Below, in pieces: positions 29,615 to 37,948 of a stretch of 64,000 nucleotides of DNA. The notes under the pieces were generated by a model, which saw only the letters and a program-made list of their open reading frames with translations, was not told the origin of the DNA and did not search any database. Position 1 is the first letter of the stretch, and each line of letters begins with the position of its first letter. Origin of the DNA: Microgenomates group bacterium Gr01-1014_7 (GTDB taxonomy: Bacteria; Patescibacteriota; Microgenomatia; Daviesbacterales; UBA10151); the NCBI GenBank assembly GCA_007376405.1, contig VMGD01000001.1, forward strand, positions 66,891-130,890. The letters are read 5' to 3'. Position numbers and translations under genes: made by a program.

Positions 29615-30693
29615 AGTTGAATCTTACACTTTTCTCCGACAAAGAGTGTGGTTTTAGCTCCTCTGCCATTATTTCCTATTACTTCGCTATCCGTACCCAC
29701 TAAGCTGTCTTCCATTGGATGATCCTTAACCCCACTTACTCTTACTCCACTCATCAAAATAGATCTTTTTACTTTGCTTCTTAAAATCTCACATCCGTCC
29801 CCTATGGCAGTAAAAGGACCAATTTCCGAATCCTCAATTATCACCTTATCCCCTATTACCACCGGCCCTTTAATTTTGGAATTTCTAATTTCAACGTGTC
29901 TGCCTATTGAAACCTTACCTTCCACTTTTGAGGTTTTATCAATTTCACTCTCTACCTTTTCCTGTAAATTATTTTTCAAAATATACTCATTTGACCCGAG
30001 CCAGTCATCAATTTTTCCCGGATCAAGCCATTTACCTTTATATTCTAAAACATCAACCCGCATTCCATGATCTATCAGCCACTGGAAAGGCGCGCTTATT
30101 TCATACTCTCCCCGGGCAGAGGGTTTGATAGCATCAGCATCTTTAAAGCAGCGGAAAACTACTGCGCTAAAAAAATATATTCCCGGAATAGCAAAATCAT
30201 GAGGCGGATTTTCCGGTTTTTCCACATATTTTATTAAGTGGTCGTCTTTATCAAAATAAGGCACACCGAGACGGGTGTTCTCGCTGTGGTGAACCATTGC
30301 CACCAAACCATCCGGTTTTTGTCTTTCAAAATGAGAAACCAGACTGTTGATCCCGCCCACAAAAATATTATCCCCCAGGTGCATCACAAAAGATTCACCG
30401 TTAAGATATTCCTCAGCAACCTCAAAAATATTAGCCAGTCCTTTTGGCTGCTCCTGCAAAATATAGGTAAATTTAAGCCCCCATCTGGACCCGTCGCCTA
30501 AAACCGACTTTACTTCATCCAAATATCCCGGGTTATAAGTAATGCCCACTTCTTTAATCCCAGCATTGGCCACAGTTTCTATCGGGTAAAAAATTAAGGG
30601 TTTGTTGGCAACCGGAATAAAATGTTTATTGGTGGAAAAGGTAAGCGGTCTCATCCTGGTCCCGCGCCCGCCTGTTGGAATAATAGCTTTCAT
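29611..30693 (-). CDS. rfbA: glucose-1-phosphate thymidylyltransferase, long form with C-terminal left-handed beta-helix
   Basis: 360 aa. 'MKAIIPTGGRGTRMRPLTFSTNKHFIPVANKPLIFYPIE' nucleotidyltransferase motif; the C-terminal ~100 aa has hexapeptide-repeat character. Confidence 0.8.
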   Translation of the reverse strand: MKAIIPTGGRGTRMRPLTFSTNKHFIPVANKPLIFYPIETVANAGIKEVGITYNPGYLDEVKSVLGDGSRWGLKFTYILQEQPKGLANIFEVAEEYLNGESFVMHLGDNIFVGGINSLVSHFERQKPDGLVAMVHHSENTRLGVPYFDKDDHLIKYVEKPENPPHDFAIPGIYFFSAVVFRCFKDADAIKPSARGEYEISAPFQWLIDHGMRVDVLEYKGKWLDPGKIDDWLGSNEYILKNNLQEKVESEIDKTSKVEGKVSIGRHVEIRNSKIKGPVVIGDKVIIEDSEIGPFTAIGDGCEILRSKVKRSILMSGVRVSGVKDHPMEDSLVGTDSEVIGNNGRGAKTTLFVGEKCKIQL

Positions 30694-30851
30694 TAGATCA
30701 GTACCCCCATAAGCAGTATTAAAACAAGAGCAGCTGTTAAAAGATACTCTAAAAAAATAACCAAAGTCAAACTTTTGTCGCGCTTATGATGAGTAAACGA
30801 CCAAACAAGATAAATTATTACACCAACAGTTAAAATCTTTAAAGCTATCAT
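30693..30851 (-). CDS. unannotated 52-aa two-TM micro-protein (MIALKILTVGVIIYLVWSFTHHKRDKSLTLVIFLEYLLTAALVLILLMGVLI)
   Basis: Translated by hand; not in the ORF track (under 60 aa). ATG at 30849-30851 overlaps the TGA of the CAP-domain gene (ATGA). Its TAA (30693-30695) overlaps the ATG of rfbA (TAATG). Two hydrophobic helices separated by an HHKRDK loop. Confidence 0.4.
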   Translation of the reverse strand: MIALKILTVGVIIYLVWSFTHHKRDKSLTLVIFLEYLLTAALVLILLMGVLI

Positions 30852-31726
30852 AATACAGCTCCCGGTGATGCCAGAAAAAGAGAACCTGCAGTCAAAGAAA
30901 GAAGAGCCATGTGAGCTATATGGTGAGAAGATAATCTAAATACCCCTCTTCTTCTTAAAACACAAATATCAAGAATCAATAATACCGCAATCATCGCAGT
31001 GATTGAATATCCTGCTATTTTGGATACTTTGAAAGGATCAAATAAGGACTTGGCAACAGTTGTTTCTATGGTTGATACTGCTAGCTGAGGTTTATTAAAA
31101 AAATCCTGAGGGGGAACTGCAACAGACTTCCCTTGTACGGTAACGCTGGGTTTTTGAGCCAGATATTCGGTGGTGCCAAATTCCTGCACCACAAGAGTTG
31201 TTTTCTGACCATTTAACACTCCCTCCACCACTGCAATTCCAATATCCCTGTAGTTTGGGTTAAGCAGATTATCCCGGTGAGTGGGGGATTCCACCCAGGC
31301 TTTTACTACCTCATCCGATGAATAAAAATTTTTAGCCAAATTTTCTCCGGCAAAAGTAAATTTGTATCCCGCACCCAAAATAAAATCCCAGGGGGTTTTG
31401 CCCGATGGTGCAAAATGAGCCCAATAATTTTCCTCAAACATATTTTTAGCTTTAAGCGTTGCCGCCTTATCCAAGGCCTCATTTTCAGAAACTGCAGGTA
31501 GACCTTTATTTTGCCGCTCTTTATTGGTCAGTTCAATCAGTCTTTTTTGGTCAATATTGCCGGAAATTCCCAAAATTCCTGGTTTGACAAAACCAACAAT
31601 GGAAAATCCAACCTGTAAAGCCATGAAAAAAAGCACATAGATAAGCAATGCTTCCCAGGAAATAAGATGAGCTTTTTTATGAGTATCCCTATGAGGAATG
31701 AACCATTTATGAATTTTGTGCCACAT
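30848..31726 (-). CDS. CAP (SCP/PR-1-like) domain protein with N-terminal membrane anchor
   Basis: 292 aa. N-terminal TM helix, CAP-domain motifs (NKERQNKGLPAVSENEALDKAA...HFAPSGKTPWDF...GENLAKNF...VKAWVESPTHRDNLLNPNYRDIGIAVV), and a C-terminal hydrophobic tail. Confidence 0.7.
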   Translation of the reverse strand: MWHKIHKWFIPHRDTHKKAHLISWEALLIYVLFFMALQVGFSIVGFVKPGILGISGNIDQKRLIELTNKERQNKGLPAVSENEALDKAATLKAKNMFEENYWAHFAPSGKTPWDFILGAGYKFTFAGENLAKNFYSSDEVVKAWVESPTHRDNLLNPNYRDIGIAVVEGVLNGQKTTLVVQEFGTTEYLAQKPSVTVQGKSVAVPPQDFFNKPQLAVSTIETTVAKSLFDPFKVSKIAGYSITAMIAVLLILDICVLRRRGVFRLSSHHIAHMALLSLTAGSLFLASPGAVL

Positions 31727-31730
31727 TCTA

Positions 31731-32033
31731 TCAGTATACCAAATCTGTTTCTAATTTCTTACCGTTAACAGGAATCCCTAAAGAAAACCCTAAGGCATTA
31801 GCCACAGAAACTCCCACCCGCAATCCTGTAAAACTCCCAGGCCCGGTTTCAACTTCTATTCCTTTAAGAGTTCTTAGCTCATAGTTCGTAGTTCTTAGTA
31901 ATTTAATAATTAGTGGCAATAAAACCTGTGAACCATACTCATTTTCCTCGCTTAAACTCCCCACTACTTCCCCATTCTTTTTCAAAGTTACAGTAATCTG
32001 CTTCCGGTCTTTGGTATTAATATGAAGAACCAT
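31731..32033 (-). CDS. tsaB: TsaB-like protein, N-terminal domain only (tRNA t6A biosynthesis)
   Basis: 100 aa. 'GIEVETGPGSFTGLRVGVSVANALGFSLGIPV' is the conserved TsaB/YeaZ N-lobe motif. The gene ends 4 nt before the next start, so it is genuinely short and not a frameshift inside this window. Confidence 0.55.
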   Translation of the reverse strand: MVLHINTKDRKQITVTLKKNGEVVGSLSEENEYGSQVLLPLIIKLLRTTNYELRTLKGIEVETGPGSFTGLRVGVSVANALGFSLGIPVNGKKLETDLVY

Positions 32034-32102
32034 GAAAAGAATTTTAACATAAAGTAGTGCCCGATCAATGATTCACAATGACGAATAAGATATAATTCTT
32101 TC

Positions 32103-33194
32103 ATGGAAGAAATTAGGTCCAAATTGGAAGAGTTAAAAAAAAGATTTAATAAAATATCCCAGTCAATTGACCGGGACAATTTGCAAAAAGAAATTAGAGA
32201 GCTTGAGGCCCTGACTATGAAAGAGGGCTTTTGGAATGATCAAATTCAAGCCAGAAAAGTTTCCCAAGACCTTGCAGATAAACAAAAGCAGCTGGAAAGC
32301 TTGGAAAATTTAGAAAAAAGAATCTCGGATGCACTGGAGCTATCAGGAGATGCAGAAATGCAGGAAGAGCTACAAGAAGAAGCCAGTAGAATTGAGATTT
32401 TGCTTAAAGATTTTGAATTAAAAACTTTCCTGTCCGGGCCATATGATAAATCAGAAGCCATAGTTTCTATCCATTCAGGGACAGGAGGGGTGGAAGCCAT
32501 GGACTGGACAGCCATGCTGGCCCGGATGTATCAGAGATTTTTTGAAAGAAAGGACTGGAAGTTTGAAGTAACCGATGAAAATCCCGGTGAAGAAGCAGGC
32601 TATAAAACTTTTTCCATGATAGTCCATATCCCTTTTGCTTATGGCAATTTAAGGGGCGAGGCAGGAACTCACCGCTTGGTCCGCCAATCCCCTTTCAATG
32701 CTGACAAACTCCGCCAAACTTCCTTTGCTTTAGTTGAAGTTCTGCCGGTTATTGAAGATTCCAAAGAAATAGAAATAAAAGATGACGAAATAGAGTTTGA
32801 TGCTTTCAGATCGGGTGGAGCAGGTGGGCAGAATGTTAATAAAGTTTCAACAGCAGTCCGCCTTAAACACAAACCATCCGGTATTGTAGTTACCTGTCAA
32901 ACTGAGCGGTCTCAACTGCAAAATCGGGAAAACGCTTTGAAAATGCTTAAGGCAAAAATATGGGAACGCCAGCAAACTGAAAAACAAACACAAACCTCGC
33001 AATTAAAAGGGGGTAAAACCCAGGCCTCCTGGGGAACTCAAATCAGATCATATGTCCTGCACCCCTATCATATGGTTAAAGATTTAAGAACCAATGTTGA
33101 GACATCAGACACCGATGCTGTTTTAGATGGAGACTTGACTGAGTTTATTGAAGCAGAACTTAAGGGGCTTGCCCCGAGCGAAAGAGAGGGGTAG
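32103..33194 (+). CDS. prfB: peptide chain release factor 2
   Basis: 363 aa. SPF specificity tripeptide ([11 protein letters not shown]) and GGQ motif ([14 protein letters not shown]). Encoded in one continuous frame with no internal UGA / +1 frameshift site. Confidence 0.85.
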   Translation: MEEIRSKLEELKKRFNKISQSIDRDNLQKEIRELEALTMKEGFWNDQIQARKVSQDLADKQKQLESLENLEKRISDALELSGDAEMQEELQEEASRIEILLKDFELKTFLSGPYDKSEAIVSIHSGTGGVEAMDWTAMLARMYQRFFERKDWKFEVTDENPGEEAGYKTFSMIVHIPFAYGNLRGEAGTHRLVRQSPFNADKLRQTSFALVEVLPVIEDSKEIEIKDDEIEFDAFRSGGAGGQNVNKVSTAVRLKHKPSGIVVTCQTERSQLQNRENALKMLKAKIWERQQTEKQTQTSQLKGGKTQASWGTQIRSYVLHPYHMVKDLRTNVETSDTDAVLDGDLTEFIEAELKGLAPSEREG

Positions 33195-33230
33195 ACAAAT
33201 TACTTAAGTTATGGTTAATATAGAAAGTAC

Positions 33231-33674
33231 ATGGAAAAAATAGATTCTGAAGGAGTAGAAAAAATTACCAGGCCAGTTCTAACTGAAAACCCAACCAGGT
33301 TACTTATGGGGGTAGTTATAGCGGCTTTAGTTTTAGGAGGGGTTACAGGCTATATACTTTCCACCAAAGGCAACTCTTCTTCCTCAGTTTCAATTCCGGG
33401 AACTGCCGCAAAAACTGCCCAACAGGATACCCGCACCTTTAAAGATTTTGCCGAAGGCACAGTTAAGGCCCGTCCCCAGCCCTCGGATGCAGGAGAATAT
33501 GTAGAGGGGACTCATATTCTGGAGCGTGCAGGAGCAGTACCTGTAGCTCTTACTTCTTCCGTGGTTGATTTATCAAAATATGAGGGTAAAAAAGTTAAGG
33601 TTTACGGTGAAACTCAAAAAGCTTTAAAAGAAGGCTGGTTAATGGATGTAGGTAAAGTAGAAGAGATTAAATGA
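33231..33674 (+). CDS. hypothetical membrane-anchored protein
   Basis: 147 aa. Single N-terminal TM helix (LLMGVVIAALVLGGVTGYIL), then a Ser-rich linker and a small soluble domain. Immediately upstream of ftsE. Confidence 0.45.
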   Translation: MEKIDSEGVEKITRPVLTENPTRLLMGVVIAALVLGGVTGYILSTKGNSSSSVSIPGTAAKTAQQDTRTFKDFAEGTVKARPQPSDAGEYVEGTHILERAGAVPVALTSSVVDLSKYEGKKVKVYGETQKALKEGWLMDVGKVEEIK

Positions 33675-33677
33675 GAA

Positions 33678-34358
33678 ATGATTTTATTCGAGTCGGTTTC
33701 AAAGAAATTCGGTTCTACAATTGCCCTTGATGATGTCTCTTTAGAGATAAAACAGGGGGAATTTGTTTTTATTGTTGGACCCTCCGGTGCCGGCAAATCC
33801 ACACTTCTTAGAATTCTCACCCGGGAAATAGTTCCATCCTCAGGCAGGGTAAAGGTGGGGGAAATGGATCTTACAAAAATAAAAGACAAAAATGTTCCGC
33901 ATTTGCGAAGGAAAATCGGGGTGGTTTTTCAGGATTTTAAACTGCTGGATGACCGGACGGTTTTTGAGCAGGTGGCTCTGACTTTAGAGGTCTTAGGTAA
34001 AACCGATGAGGAAATAGGAAAGCAGGTTGAACATATCCTCAAACTGGTAGAAATCTGGGGCCGCCGCAATTTATTTCCCAGACAGCTTTCAGGAGGGGAG
34101 GCTCAGCGAACTGCAATTGCCAGAGCTGTCGTGGGAAAACCGGATATTCTTCTGGCTGATGAACCAACAGGCGATTTGGACCTCAAAACCGCTTGGGGAG
34201 TAATCCAGCTTTTAAATGAAATTAATTCCTGGGGCACAACTATAGTCATGGCCACCCATAATCAGGAAATTGTTAATACTTTGAAACGCCGGGTTATAGT
34301 ATTAAAAAGGGGCAAAATCGCAAGCGATTCTAAAGTAGGAAAATATACAATTCATTAA
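33678..34358 (+). CDS. ftsE: cell division ATP-binding protein FtsE
   Basis: 226 aa. Walker A GPSGAGKST, ABC signature LSGGEAQR, Walker B ILLADEPTG. Followed by ftsX. Confidence 0.85.
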   Translation: MILFESVSKKFGSTIALDDVSLEIKQGEFVFIVGPSGAGKSTLLRILTREIVPSSGRVKVGEMDLTKIKDKNVPHLRRKIGVVFQDFKLLDDRTVFEQVALTLEVLGKTDEEIGKQVEHILKLVEIWGRRNLFPRQLSGGEAQRTAIARAVVGKPDILLADEPTGDLDLKTAWGVIQLLNEINSWGTTIVMATHNQEIVNTLKRRVIVLKRGKIASDSKVGKYTIH

Positions 34359-34361
34359 AAT

Positions 34362-35234
34362 ATGAACCGAAGCCTTACGTTTACTAAAAGAAATATCAGA
34401 CGCACTCCGATGCAGGCCATTGCCGCCTCAATGGTCATGTTTTTGACCTTTTTGGCATTACTTATCTTTATTCTGGTAGCCGCAGGATCACAAGCTTCTC
34501 TAAAATATTTTGAGAGCAAGCCGCAAGTGATTGCCTTTTTTAAGGAAGGCACCACCGATGCGGATGTTTCAGCCATAGAAAACGCTCTATCCCAGGAATC
34601 AAGAGTAACCAAGACCAAATTTGTTTCAAAAGAGGAAGCCTTAAAAATTTATCGGGAGAAAAATAAAAACGATCCTGCTCTTTTGGAACTTGTTACCGCC
34701 AGTATCCTACCCGCATCTTTGGAAATATCAACCAAAGACCCAAAGGATTTACAGCCGATTGCCGAAATCCTGAAAAAAGAACCGGCTGTTTCCGAGGTGA
34801 TTGTGCCGGAAGATGTAGTCCAAACTCTAACTTCTGTTACCAGCATTATCAGAATAGTAGGGTCTATGATAGTTGGATTTTTGATGATCTTTGCTACCCT
34901 TGTTGTGGTAATGATTATCGGATTTAAAATCAGACTTAAAAGAAACGAGATAGAAATTATGCGGCTTTTAGGCGCGTCCCCTGCTTTTATCAGAAACCCA
35001 TTTCTTCTGGAAGGAATTTTTTACGGCGTAGCCGGAGCATTTTCCGCCTGGGCAGTCACTTATCTTTTGCTTTGGTACTTTACCCCGTTTTTACAAGGAT
35101 ATTTAGGTGAAGTTAAGCTTTTGCCTGTGAATCCTCTATTTATGCTGGCAATTCTTATTTGCGCACTGCTGGCTGCCTGTATAATTGGCGGACTGGGATC
35201 ATTTAGTGCAGTCAGAAGATATCTTAAGATATGA
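34362..35234 (+). CDS. ftsX: cell division permease FtsX
   Basis: 290 aa. N-terminal TM, a large extracytoplasmic loop, and three C-terminal TM helices (FtsX topology). Directly downstream of ftsE. Confidence 0.8.
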   Translation: MNRSLTFTKRNIRRTPMQAIAASMVMFLTFLALLIFILVAAGSQASLKYFESKPQVIAFFKEGTTDADVSAIENALSQESRVTKTKFVSKEEALKIYREKNKNDPALLELVTASILPASLEISTKDPKDLQPIAEILKKEPAVSEVIVPEDVVQTLTSVTSIIRIVGSMIVGFLMIFATLVVVMIIGFKIRLKRNEIEIMRLLGASPAFIRNPFLLEGIFYGVAGAFSAWAVTYLLLWYFTPFLQGYLGEVKLLPVNPLFMLAILICALLAACIIGGLGSFSAVRRYLKI

Positions 35235-35246
35235 CCTGTCTATCAT

Positions 35247-36395
35247 ATGAAACGAACAATCTTCATCCTGTTTATTCTGTTTTCTTCACTTCTCACTTAC
35301 CCCATCTTTGCCCAATCTCCTGATGATCTAACCAAACAGCTTCAGGAAAAACAGACAGAAATTCAAAAACTGGAAGAGGGCCTGCAGAATGCCAGGAATC
35401 AGGAGAAAACTTTAAAATCACAGCTTAATTTAATTGACGGCCAGACCAAAGTCACTACCTTAAAAATCGAAGAAACCAATTTAAAAATAGAAAAGCTAAA
35501 AAGAGAAATCTCCGACTTATCAGGAAGAATCAATCGAATCTCAACAACCCTAGATGCACTCTCGGAAATTCTGCTTAAAAGAATTATCCAAACATATAAG
35601 TATAGCAATGCTGTTTCAACTTTCGATCTAATCTTTTCCTCACACGGCTTTGCCGAGCTTTTGGAAAGATTAAAATATATTCAGGTAGCTCAAACCTATG
35701 ACAAAAAGAAATTATATGAACTGCAGGCAACCAAATTTGCCTACAATGAACAAAAACAAGACAAGGAGACGAGACAACAAGAGGCTGAAAAATTAAATAA
35801 AGACCTGGAAGTTTATAAAAAACAGCTGGATGAACAGAAAAGGGCCAAGGATGAGCTTTTGAGAGTTACTCAAAATGATGAAGCCAGGTTTCAGCAGGAA
35901 CTGGCAAGGCTTCGTGCAGATATTGCCTCTATTTCTCTGGCATTATCCAATGTTGGAGCAAAAATCGGACCGGTTAATAAAGGAGATACAATTGCAGCAA
36001 TGGGATCAACCGGCTGTTCAACAGGACCGCATTTACATTACGAGGTTTATGAAAATGCAAAAATAGAAGGGGGAAAAGTGACAGGAAATAGAGTGAATCC
36101 TCATAACTTCCTTGACAGCGGCAAACTTGGTTCTCCATTGCAAGGTTATCCCGGTGACACAACCATTACCACAGAATTTGGGGAAGTATATTTCTTGGGA
36201 ACACATACAGGTTTGGATATAGCACCAAAAAAATATGAAGGAGTTGGCAGGGGGATTTTAGCATCGGAAAAAGGAGTTGCATATTCCGTATCTGCACCTT
36301 GCAGCTATAACATTTCAGGTGGATCATCTGTTGGTAAGGGGGTAGTTATTGACCATGAAAACGGCACAGTCACTTTATACTGGCATATCCTCTGA
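35247..36395 (+). CDS. coiled-coil M23 family metallopeptidase (EnvC/PcsB-like FtsEX partner); M23 motifs in circularly permuted order
   Basis: 382 aa. Signal peptide, then about 200 aa of coiled coil (EnvC-like), then a C-terminal M23 domain. 'GSTGCSTGPHLHYEV' (nt about 36000-36048) precedes 'ITTEFGEVYFLGTHTGLDIA...GKGVVIDHENGTVTLYWHI' (nt about 36180-36390). In canonical M23 these come in the opposite order. Confidence 0.7.
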   Translation: MKRTIFILFILFSSLLTYPIFAQSPDDLTKQLQEKQTEIQKLEEGLQNARNQEKTLKSQLNLIDGQTKVTTLKIEETNLKIEKLKREISDLSGRINRISTTLDALSEILLKRIIQTYKYSNAVSTFDLIFSSHGFAELLERLKYIQVAQTYDKKKLYELQATKFAYNEQKQDKETRQQEAEKLNKDLEVYKKQLDEQKRAKDELLRVTQNDEARFQQELARLRADIASISLALSNVGAKIGPVNKGDTIAAMGSTGCSTGPHLHYEVYENAKIEGGKVTGNRVNPHNFLDSGKLGSPLQGYPGDTTITTEFGEVYFLGTHTGLDIAPKKYEGVGRGILASEKGVAYSVSAPCSYNISGGSSVGKGVVIDHENGTVTLYWHIL

Positions 36396-36416
36396 TATTT
36401 AACTATTATTAAGGTA

Positions 36417-37532
36417 GTGAGAACACTAATAATTTTCTTGCTTCTTTTTTATCCAGTAGCACCTGTCTTTGCTGCAGACCCACCTATTCTGACAAGTCCT
36501 TCAAATAACTCTACTGTCGCCTCTTCAACTCTAAACTGGCAAGCACCACTCTATCCAGTTTGCTCAAACTATGATGCTTACAGGGTACAAGTAGATAATG
36601 ATCCTTCGTTTCCAAGTTCAAGTATATATAGAAATATCTATACAAAAAATACTTATTACACTCCACAACTTACTTTGGGTACTTGGTACTGGAGAGTTAT
36701 GGTAAGAGATGAAACATGCAATAATTGGAGTAGTTGGAGTACTGTTTGGTCTTTTATCCTAGCAACCTCTACCCCATCACCTACTCCGACCCCTTCATCC
36801 ACACCAACATCATCCTCATCTACTTCATCTAACTCTTCCAGCTCATCAGCTTCCACGTTTACTATCTCCAACACTCCCTCACAAATTAATTCCGACCAGT
36901 CATCTAATGTTTCAGTTAATTTAGCTTTACCAGATAATCCTAATACCTCATTTTATCTAAAAGGTGCCTTTAAAAAATCTGATGGTTCCAATTATTTTGG
37001 ACTGACTAAAGTTTCCGGCAGCTGGATAAAAAATGGCAGTACATATTCTAATCAATATCCCGTCAAAACTAATTCATCCGGTAATTGGTCAGGCAATTTG
37101 GAAATTCAACCGGATGCTGATGACTCCGGTTTTACAGGTAGCGATGATTATATTTTCAAAGTAGGTAGATATACATCATCTGGTTCAGGACCTACTTGGA
37201 GCAACGAAACAACTATTAAAATAGTCGCTGCCTCCACCAATCAAGGTGCTACAACTGAAACATCATCTAAAACTTCCGACTCACCAACCGTAACTTCCCC
37301 ACCGCAAACTGCAAAAGCTATTCCCGCAAATTCTTCATCAAAAAATTCCGGTAATGTTGAGTATCACATTGCATCTGTTGCTGCAGTTTCCAGCGGATCT
37401 GCCACACCATCTACTGTAGAAGTTAAAAGTGAAAAAAGGCCAAACTTCTTACCCTTTATTGGTGGAGTGCTAATTTTGGCTGGACTTGGCTCTTTAGGCT
37501 ATATATACTTACGCAGTAAAAAAATCATATGA
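36417..37532 (+). CDS. secreted Ser/Thr/Pro-rich cell-surface protein with C-terminal TM anchor
   Basis: 371 aa. Signal peptide (MRTLIIFLLLFYPVAPVFA), a beta-rich N-domain, a long S/T/P linker (TSTPSPTPTPSSTPTSSSSTSSNSSSSSAS), a second domain, and a C-terminal TM (FLPFIGGVLILAGLGSLGYIYL) with a basic tail. Confidence 0.6.
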   Translation: MRTLIIFLLLFYPVAPVFAADPPILTSPSNNSTVASSTLNWQAPLYPVCSNYDAYRVQVDNDPSFPSSSIYRNIYTKNTYYTPQLTLGTWYWRVMVRDETCNNWSSWSTVWSFILATSTPSPTPTPSSTPTSSSSTSSNSSSSSASTFTISNTPSQINSDQSSNVSVNLALPDNPNTSFYLKGAFKKSDGSNYFGLTKVSGSWIKNGSTYSNQYPVKTNSSGNWSGNLEIQPDADDSGFTGSDDYIFKVGRYTSSGSGPTWSNETTIKIVAASTNQGATTETSSKTSDSPTVTSPPQTAKAIPANSSSKNSGNVEYHIASVAAVSSGSATPSTVEVKSEKRPNFLPFIGGVLILAGLGSLGYIYLRSKKII

Positions 37533-37948
37533 AAAAATATATTACCCGCTCGGAAACAGAAACCAAAAAACTGGCCGAAAGATTTGCCCAAAAATTTTCC
37601 GGTAGAGTCATTACCTTAACAGGCGAACTCGGCGCAGGAAAAACCACTTTTGTTCAAGGCTTTGCCAGAGGACTGGGAATTAAAGAAAAAATTATCTCCC
37701 CCACTTTTGTCCTAATCCGCCAGCACAAAATCCCAAATTCTTCAAAAGCACTTTTTCATATTGATCTTTACAGACTGGATGATATTTCACATATTGACAA
37801 TTTGGGCCTTAAGGAAATTCTAGAAAATCCCGATAACATAGTGATTATTGAATGGCCGGAAAAAATAAAGAAATTTTTACCAAAAAATCCTACCTGGATA
37901 ACCTTTGAAACTTCAAAAGATAATAAAAGGGAAATTATTGCCAATTAA
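37529..37948 (+). CDS. tsaE: tRNA threonylcarbamoyladenosine biosynthesis ATPase TsaE
   Basis: 139 aa. The 'LTGELGAGKTTFVQGFARGLGI' P-loop is diagnostic of TsaE/YjeE. Confidence 0.8.
   Translation: MKKYITRSETETKKLAERFAQKFSGRVITLTGELGAGKTTFVQGFARGLGIKEKIISPTFVLIRQHKIPNSSKALFHIDLYRLDDISHIDNLGLKEILENPDNIVIIEWPEKIKKFLPKNPTWITFETSKDNKREIIAN

Noticed and set aside
32103-32200. Looked for the conserved CUU-UGA-C programmed +1 frameshift near codon 25 of prfB
   Set aside because: The N-terminal 100 codons are in one continuous frame with no in-frame TGA. So no frameshift element is present.
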